Assembly: GCA_044892525.1 (NCBI GenBank)
Contig: CM097885.1
Location: forward strand, 33,854,001 to 33,918,000
DNA length: 64,000 nucleotides
DNA from: Schmidtea polychroa
Lineage: Eukaryota
Direction: 5' to 3'
In this document: one piece after another, positions 55,457-64,000 of the stretch
Layout: the number at the start of each line of letters is the position of its first letter
Numbering within the stretch: the stretch's first letter is position 1
Notes under the pieces: model-generated
The model's database searches: none
What the model saw: the letters and a program-made list of their open reading frames with translations, nothing else
What the model was told of the DNA's origin: nothing
Program-made: the position numbers and the translations under genes

Positions 55457-57025
55457 GGATTCCATTACCGGTAATACAGAAACCGGTATTACCGGTTTTT
55501 GATGAAAACTACATCTTCGGTATTACCGGTATTACAAAATAAAAATCCGGTAATTACAGAAATTAAATTTTTTTACCTTTTGTCACAATGAAAATAAATG
55601 GAATACCATAATAAAAGAAAACAGATCAAGGTGACAAAAAAATAATTTAATAATTTGCATTTGTGATAAATGTCAGATAATAACATTAATCTTTATTGCA
55701 TTTTCTCAATACTTAAAATAATAAAACACCAAAGAGAAAGAACATTCACCGAAATTTTTTTTGGATTTTTATTAAATATAAAAATTTATGATACTTGGAA
55801 ATTTTTTAATTGTTACACTGCGATTTTGTTAATATTCTGGGATTTTAAAGATACAATAAAACCATAAAAATGGCATACATTTTAGCTGCGAATATACATT
55901 TCGATTCATTATCGATTTGAACCTAGATTTTGCATTTAATCAGGCTGAATTAAAATTATTGCACGATATTATATCCGCTTTGCAGTCAGTAAAAGTTGTG
56001 GTGGAAGCTCTTTGCGGATCAGATATTAATTTACTTTCTGCAGATGTTGTATTAATATTCATGTTAGATGAATTAACTGCATTGAACAACGCATTAAGCA
56101 TCAAATTAAAAAGTGAACTTGTTTACAGAATACAAGAAAGAAGAACAAGTTATTCGAAAGTCTTACAATTTCTACACAACCCAGAACAACAAAATCACAA
56201 TGATCACAGAATATTTAAATTACCTTCGAAAACAACGATAACCAAATGACGAGGAAAATGAAAATTCTTTTGCTCATTAAAAGAAAATTTATATAAAAAA
56301 ATGTATCAAAATCTTCATTATAATGTGCGAAATGAAAGAGTAAATAAAAGCTCGAATTTACAAACGACGATTCGCAAAGAAATGAAAACTTTTTGCAAGG
56401 AAAACATTCGTGGTAAACATTTAGAAATGGTTTACCAATATTTAAAAACCATTCGTCCTACTAGTGTAGAATCCGAGAGAGCCTTTTCAGCCGCAGGATT
56501 AATTTGCACGAGAATAAGGTCTAGGTTAGCGGACGAAAGTTTTGATACATTGTGTTTTTTAAAATCCCATTTTAATACAAAAAAATATTGTAAATAAATT
56601 CATTCTATTTTTTTTCTGTTTCTTTTTATAAAATATTTTGATTTAATAAACGTAATGTAATGATTTGAATGTATGTATTGTAATAATGTAATAATTAGTT
56701 TTAATAAATTGTTTGACCTCATTGTTATTCAATTTTATCGATTAATAAAACATTTTCAAAAAAATTGTATTGTGTATCTTTTATAAAATTTAATAAGTTT
56801 ATTGATTATGAAAGTAATTAACAATTAACTAACGTAAATTATCAAATTAATTAATTATTAATAACCAATAGTTAACAAATTAATGATAAATGAAACAATT
56901 TGGAGAATTAATAATAGAAGTTGAATAAAAGACGGTATTACTGGTAAAAACCGGTAATACCGTCGATAGAAATAATTTTTTCGGTAATACCGGTATTGCA
57001 AAAGTCGGTATTTTTGGAATCCCTA
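55454..57025 (+). mobile_element. TAGGG-ended hAT (hATx-type) internal deletion derivative
   Basis: TIR TAGGGATTCCA / TGGAATCCCTA; ATATATAT on both flanks; multiple ACCGGTAATAC subterminal motifs; transposase remnant VEALCG...RPTSVESERAFSAAG...RSRLADE..LCFL. Confidence 0.9.
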
Positions 57026-57056
<31 letters not shown>

Positions 57057-57131
57057 CGTGTGTGTGCGCGTGCGTGTTATCATATTTTATCATATAAAAT
57101 GTTTTCAATAAATGACATACAAAAACATTAC

Positions 57132-57355
57132 TTTAATTTGCTGCTAAATGAAGATTCGATTTCTTGCTTGGATTGGGTGTTGTCATCTTCTAACTTTAGA
57201 ATAACCTTTTCAATTTCACTATCCCTATTTTTTTTCATTTCATTTTTAATTTCTTGCTCCTTGCTCAACATCCAGGCCTCATTTCTTTTGTTGTTTGTTT
57301 CAACCCAGATTTGTTTTTCTAACTCTGTTTGAGTTTTTAATTCGCGAACTTCAGC
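57132..57355 (-). CDS. CEP131: CEP131 exon
   Basis: AEVRELKTQTELEKQIWVETNKRNEAWMLSKEQEIKNEMKKNRDSEIEKVILKLEDD. Confidence 0.92.
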
Positions 57356-57402
57356 CTAAAATGTACGTTTATAATTTAAAGTTATTTTTTTTAATAAATA
57401 AC

Positions 57403-57628
57403 ATCGAATTTTCTTTGCATTTCCTCTAATTTATGCTGATGTTCTAGTTTCATCGATACACCTACTTTATCTTCTTTGTATTCGAGTTGTTTTCTTAAAT
57501 TTTCAATTTCAGCTTTTTGTTTATTTCCCATTATGTTCAGACGATCACGTTCATCCGATATTTCTTGATACAACTGTCTTCGCTGGGATTCAAGAATCTG
57601 TATTTGCCGCTGCATTTCTTGGTCAAAT
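57403..57628 (-). CDS. CEP131: CEP131 exon
   Basis: FDQEMQRQIQILESQRRQLYQEISDERDRL...; followed by a 47 bp intron. Confidence 0.92.
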
Positions 57629-59631
57629 CTATAATATATAAGCATTTATTACTTAAAAATTGAGTTAATATTATTAATAACATTAATTATAATTGAATTA
57701 GTTTTAAATATTCTAAATTCTTTTAAAACTTAAAATTTTAATATTTTTCAACCAATTTTTAGATTTATGAGCAAAAAAAATAGTTTCCGAAGTGCTTTTA
57801 ATTATTTGATACATAATTAAATTCACAAAAAAATTAATATGCAAATTATTTAGAAATTCTAGAAGTTCATATTCTAAATTCTCAACTCGATATCAAAAAT
57901 ATTTCTGAAAAGATCATTAGTTAATTATCACCAAAATTGTTTATATTTCTCTACACCTTCGATATATTTACACTTCCATTTTATTCATCTTCATATAATT
58001 TTCAAACATTAATCAATGTTTTTTTATTTCATAAAAATTAATTTTCAGAAGTTAGTAATTTTCAAAGTTCTCAATTTTTACATAAAATAATTAAAGTATT
58101 TTTACATCATTGAACTAAAAATAGATATCTCTACACAAATGGTGAAAATTAGGATATTTTACATTTTAACTGCACTTTAATTGCAAGTTAATAATAAAAT
58201 GTGTAGTAAATTATGTGTTTCTAATGCATTTAGATGCGACTCATAATAGTGTTATGTGATGTTTTATAGTCAGAACTCAGTGAACTTTGTATAGCTATTA
58301 ATCTAGTAACAAGGACTCCCTTGAAATTTACCCTATAATATATTTTATAATAATAAATTTGCATTTTCAAAATTTTATGAATACTTGGCATGTTATAAAT
58401 GACGTAATTTGTATATTTTCTATTTCTCGGTGGACTTAATTATTTATTATCATTGGTCTTCTAATACTATCTATTTTATATTTTAATAATGATAACTAAA
58501 ATTAATTAATTAAATATTGGATATTCATTATTTGATTCCTAAAATAAAATTACAAAACAAGTAAAAAAAATTGATGTGTTATAAATTTAATGGAATTGAA
58601 ATGCAAATTAGAATGGAAATCCAATTATAAAAGCTTCTAATAATTGAGTTGAATATTAATAAATGAAATAATCAACAAATAACATAATTTAAACTTGAAT
58701 ACAAACTAACTTAAATCTGGATTGATTGCCAAAATAAAATAAATAATAATTTTCAATTCATAAATTTAGTTAAATTTTATTATCTCAATTAATATAAATT
58801 ATTTAATATTTGATAACTAGAAAACAATTTTTTTGCAATTTGTAGCAGAGGTTCCCTATCTTTTGTAGATGGTATACTTGCCAGTAAAAAAGTCGAATCC
58901 TACAAGATATTCTAGATATTCAAGTAATAACATTTTTTCGTCAGGTGCTTCCACACACATAACCATGTACTATAAATTTTACGCAGAACATGAATGTGAT
59001 AGACAGAAAAAAATATTACACAAATTATAGTTTTCATTTGTAATTCATTATTTTTCGAAAACCGGTACCGGTACACGTTCGACAGATTGAGAACGGCTGA
59101 TTTATAGGACATCGAATTAACCAATATGCTTATCGATAAGAATATAATATACAATGCTAAACATGTGATTGATTTATAACATTTAAACATATTTATAATA
59201 TTAATTATCTAATGCCATTAATTATTACCAATCAATTAATTGTTCTAACTGGTACATTTAGTCTTCTAATTAATAAAATGTTCGCCTTCATCTTTTACAA
59301 CTTCCAATTATAGTTACTAGAAATACGTATTTCGAAGAACTTTTATCATAATATGTAATTAAAGTTATAAATTTAAATATAAAATTAGCGAGAAATAAAA
59401 GGAAAAAATGATAAATAAGATCGAAATATTTTTCAAGTTAAATTACTGATTTTAATAAGTAGTTCATATATAATTTATTTGATGATTTTTAAAAGTTTAT
59501 TTTTAATTTATTATTTCATAGCGATTTTTGTTTTAAATCAAAAATGTTTCTAGATCGATAAAATCGAAAATTCGTTAAAAAATACAAAAATTATTGTTCT
59601 ATAATCCGTAAATAAATAAAGATAGTGGAAA

Positions 59632-60810
59632 CAAGGCTGTAAATAGGTTTTGGTAGGCCCTGGGCAAAAAATTTCAAATTAGGTCGCTCTTTAATAAAAA
59701 AAACCAATAAAATTCTTAATATGTATATATACGATAGTTCTGAAGCTCGTGTTCTTTAATTTTTGGTAACAGTGTTATAAATAAAGACGAAATAATTATT
59801 CTTTCAATTGTTTCTGCAGTAACTAATTCATTAATTTTTTTAAAATTAATTTCGCTAAAAATTTACAAAATTCTGTTTTTTATATTCAAACTCACAAAAG
59901 TTGAAATCAAACAAGATTCTAATAAATTTTCCACAAAATTGTGTTTACTAATATTAATCAATTGCTTCAGTCAATCGTGATCAGGAACTTGAAAACGGAG
60001 ATGACGGACAGTCATTTCCAACAATAAATTAAAACATCATAAATTTATTTAAATTGTTTTTTCTTATTTTTTTCCTGAAAATCCAACAATTAAATCATTG
60101 AAATCTATTTATTGTAATATATAATGTTCGATAGATATAATTAACAAATTAGATAAACGCTCTTGTTAGAGGGTCGATCATAAGAAATTTATTTTTTACT
60201 AAACCTCCTCTCACAAGAAGTGATGGTCACTGACAGGGTTAGAAATATTCTTAACGTAACAACAATGTTCTGGTACGATTCGACCTATTCGAAACAGTGT
60301 ATAGTCTGTAATAAATTTAAAGGAGTTGCTTGTTTAAGATTTTGCATCAGTCCATATACTTGAAACTTTCAATCTCACACCAGAATTTGTAACTACTCAA
60401 ATCTTTATCAGATTTGCTTGACAAATCGACTGGTGCCTTTTCAAATTTAGTAACACTCATTTATTCTATGGACGAACCAAAAAGAAAAGAAAAATCTTCA
60501 AATATAATTTTCATTCGTTTATATAGCCAGTCTGTGTCAGCAAGTAAAACGCCAAAAACATTTTTCTGGACTTTCTTTCTGGACTTAGATTTGTATTATT
60601 TTGTTCTTTAACTCACCTAATTCGTTGTTTGGAAAATTCAGATTCTTCCAAATCGACTTTTTTGTATCCGCAAAAATTATTTTAACCATGTATCCCATAG
60701 ATCTTGTAAAGTGCAACTCAGACCATCAATTAATTTCGTCGCATGGTCTATAGATATATTTTTTGTTGTATGGCTTTATTTGTTCAGTCAACGCATTGTA
60801 ATATCTTATA
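59632..60810 (-). mobile_element. hAT (Tip100/ZMYM1-like) remnant
   Basis: YQNIVVTLRIFLTLSVTITSCERRFSK...QERLSNLLIISIE on minus; terminus-like CAAGGC...GGCCCTGGGCAAA at 59632. Confidence 0.8.
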
Positions 60811-61118
60811 TTCTATACAGAAAGAGTGCAAATAAATTTTTAATTAAACTTTTTTATAGCCAGCTTAACAAAACTTGAATTTAGATGGATGGTAAAAAAT
60901 CAAATTTTAAAACTAGTAAAGGAAAATTTTTAATATAATAAATATAATATTATAAGAACTTTTTTCAATTTTCACCACTGATTTCTTTTCAATTGACATT
61001 GTATTTATCAAAAAACTTGACTATGAATCAGTAAAGATATAAAAAATAACATCGATATCTTTAATGATTCAAGTTTTTTTAATAAATACAAAATTAATAT
61101 ATAATAAATAACTTTCAC

Positions 61119-61336
61119 CTTTCTTTAATTATTGTATTCTCTTTTTGCAAAGCTTCTTCTTTTTCTTTATATAATTGCTTCCTCAATTCTTCAACTTGTC
61201 GATTATATTTTTCATACGAGTTTTCTCCGGTTTGAATGATTTCATTTTCATAGTATTGTTTCATTTTTCTCAGTTCTTGTTTATGATTAGCGATTAATTG
61301 AGCTATTTCGGTTTCCATTCCTTTAATAGTCATTTC
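61119..61336 (-). CDS. CEP131: CEP131 exon (most 5' exon recognised; gene continues beyond the window)
   Basis: EMTIKGMETEIAQLIANHKQELRKMK...RQVEELRKQL matches E.T..G.E.EI..LIA.HKQE of CEP131. Confidence 0.92.
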
Positions 61337-61479
61337 CTAAAAAAAGGTTATCATTAGAAAAAGTAAAATTGGTTCATATAAAATATTAAAAAAAAACATA
61401 AATCTTAGAGTTATTAAAAAATAATACTAAATCTACTGAATAATAATTGAATTTTACTGATTTGTATCAAATTGAACAA

Positions 61480-62870
61480 TTCCATGACAACTCAACACAT
61501 GACAAGTCAAAGTAAGACAGCTCAACACATAACAAGTTATTGTAAGACAACTCAAAATGAAAAACAATGAAAAAAAACGAAATGAAAATGGAAATGTCGC
61601 ATCCAGAAGCAGCGGCTTATTCGGTTATAGCGAATGGTTTAGTGGCTGCATCAGTTGGGATAAAATTTGTCTACCAAAGAAAACTTCCTTGACGAGGCGA
61701 TTAAAACACTTCTAGATCTTCTTGTGTTACATGACTTTTGGCTAGCAGATGGTACATTTAAAGTTGTTCCGGAAATATATTACCAGTTCTACAGTATCCA
61801 TTTATTCAGTTATAAAGTATCCATTTATCCAGTTATACAGCGTCCTTGTCTACAGGCTCTTTAACCAGGGAAAGAAGAAAGAATATATGTTAAAATGTTC
61901 AATAAGTTGCTGGAAAAATTCCTTAAGCCCGACACGACAAATTTTGACTGATTTTGAATCTGCAGCATGAAAGCTTTCCGTGCAGTATTTGAAAATATTG
62001 AAAATTGTAGATTTTTTTTTCATTTATCACAATCTATTCTGCGCAATGTAAATGAATGTGGATTGGAATCTTTATACGAATATAATCAGTCGTTTGCCAT
62101 AAACATAAAAATATTACTATCACTTGCCCTGTTAACAGAAGAAGTGTTGGAAGCATTTTTAGAAGTCGCTGATCTGTTTTCTGATTTTAACGACTATAGC
62201 AAACAAATCGAGCAAATTCTCCTCAGAAATTTTGGACAACATCATCAATGAATTATCCTTACAACATAAAAACTATTTGCACCACTTAACTGATCAACGA
62301 TACTCCGGATGTTTTAGGTACGTTTCTTTAAAACAACGTATTTCAAACATAATACAGAGTTATGATCCTAACAGACGATTAGATTTCTTGTGTTGTGTAG
62401 CTCATATGATATAGTGTTATTTAGCCACATGGGCGCCCTCAGAAAGTTTTCTCGACGGGTGGGAAAAACATTTTTAGTAATGTTTTTTTTAGTAATGCGG
62501 GCGCCCATGTTTAGTTATTTGGTTCATTTTTTATAGTTAAATATAATTATTAATCTATGTAACCATAAAAAACTAATAAATTAAATCAATATTGTTTGTT
62601 GGCTTTATTAAAAATGTGTTTTACTGTTATTTCAAAATATCCATAAATTTAATAAAATTGATGGTGTAGACCCTTACTATGTGTATTAAATAAAACAAAA
62701 TTACATGAATTTTTAATTTCACTGCTTATAAACACTAAAAATAAAAAAAATAAAATGTGAAATTTTATCTTAAAGTAATTTTCGTAGGTGTAATTTCTTC
62801 TATGTGTAATTTCTACTGTGTAGTTTTGTCAATTGTATTTCTGTCCTGTGAAATTTCTACATGTAACCAT
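61480..62870 (+). mobile_element. Mutator/MULE transposon remnant
   Basis: WLADGTFKVVP..YQ.YSIH, ILTDFESAA/MKAF, FFHLSQSI; tandem subterminal motifs GACAACTCAA (left) and TGTAATTTC (right). Confidence 0.88.
62428..62509. mobile_element. 82 bp hAT-type mini-MITE nested in the MULE
   Basis: TIR CATGGGCGCCC(T)CA / TGCGGGCGCCCATG; flanks TTTAGCCA vs TTTAGTTA (6/8 TSD). Confidence 0.7.
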
Positions 62871-63777
62871 TGAATTCATATCCAGTGATTTTATTACTAA
62901 TAAAAGGTATGTTGTCTAACAATTTACAATTATTCCAATTTCTAAATAACATCTGTAAAAATTTCAAAATTTTATTACAAATAGAAAGACCTAAAAAATC
63001 AAATTAAAAAGAAATCCTACTTTTATTTCTATAATGTTGTTTTGCAAACAAAGACAAAAAAGAAACCATTTTAACACACTATTTTAAATATTTTAAATTT
63101 GTATCAAAAATATGTATATGATTAAAGGGCAAATTGTTCATAACTTTTATATTGTTAGAAATCTTTTAATAATTATAAAAACACAAATTTTTAATCGGCA
63201 TAAAAATTGATATTTGTGCTTTTAAATTTTTAACTACATAAACGCTTTGTAGTGCCTCTGACTAGCACTTTTATCAATTTAATAATTGAACTATAAACAT
63301 ATTATTAAATTAATTAAATTAAAATTAAAAATGATTGTTTAAATAATCCTTTACTTTTGACTTATTCGAAAATCATCAAATTCAATTTAAAAAATCATCA
63401 AATTCAAACATGTCTAACGAAGTCACTGAAGTTGTCACTGAGGTCGAACAAGTTGCAGAAGTTACTGAAGAAGTTGAAGAATCATCAAATCGAGTCAAAA
63501 TGGATCAAATATGCCAGAAATGCAGGAAACAGGAAACCTCGTCTTATTAACAATGATATCTCTGATGATGGTCGAGATCTTCAACAATGTTAATTACAAT
63601 AAATTCTTTGTTCAAATTAATTGTATGTCACTACACGCTTTATTGAAACTTTATAGGTGCAATTAAAAAAGTTAGAGAAAAATAAATAGAAAAATATCAG
63701 ACTTCAAAAAAAAGAGATTGGTGGATTGATAGAAAAAGGTCAGAACTTGTAGATTTAAAACAATTTCCATTTTAATA

Positions 63778-64000
63778 CAGGTGAGCCCTTTTTAATATCA
63801 CCTCGGTTATTATCACGACCCGTTTAATATCACTAAAACTCAAAATCCACTTGCCAAACACTATTAAATCAATACATTTTTACTCGGTTAATATCATCTT
63901 GCATAATATCCATTTCCCACTTATTATCATGAATATTTTTTGATTTTGATATTTCAAATTCGCTTAATATCATGATTTTTATGATCTTTTTTATAATCTT
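63778..64000. mobile_element. Left end of a pogo/Tigger-type element
   Basis: TA|CAGGTGAGCCC...; repeated TTA(A/T)TATCA subterminal motifs; runs off the window. Confidence 0.5.

Noticed and set aside
63357..63593. Further CEP131 exon or independent gene
   Set aside because: Low-complexity GAAGTT repeats on plus; no recognisable homology or consistent minus-strand frame

Overview
Very AT-rich, transposon-dense eukaryotic (animal) genomic DNA. The (AAT)n/(TA)n microsatellites, 46-47 bp minimal introns and transposon spectrum suggest a planarian flatworm (inference). Two convergent spliced host genes can be rebuilt by eye: a Caskin-like tandem-SAM scaffold on + (exons ~13191-24321, possibly to ~25510) and the 3' seven exons of CEP131/AZI1 on - (61336 to 42084). 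Much of the rest is mobile DNA. One hAT (hATm-type) element with a 741-774 aa transposase appears intact and sits in a (TA)n tract in a Caskin intron; a second TAGGG-ended hAT also sits in (TA)n. Other elements: a NeSL/Utopia-like RLE non-LTR retrotransposon nested in a TcMar-m44-like element, a Ginger-type TGT...ACA integrase element, Penelope, Gypsy, piggyBac, Tigger, MULE and several hAT remnants and MITEs. A decayed actin pseudogene is also present. The most unusual non-coding signal is a degenerate minimal hammerhead-ribozyme motif (41261-41298), preceded by a U1-5'-like 13-mer and a GAAA hairpin, inside a diverged ~350 bp tandem unit (retrozyme/Penelope pLTR-like). All assignments come from motif recognition by eye; no searches were run.
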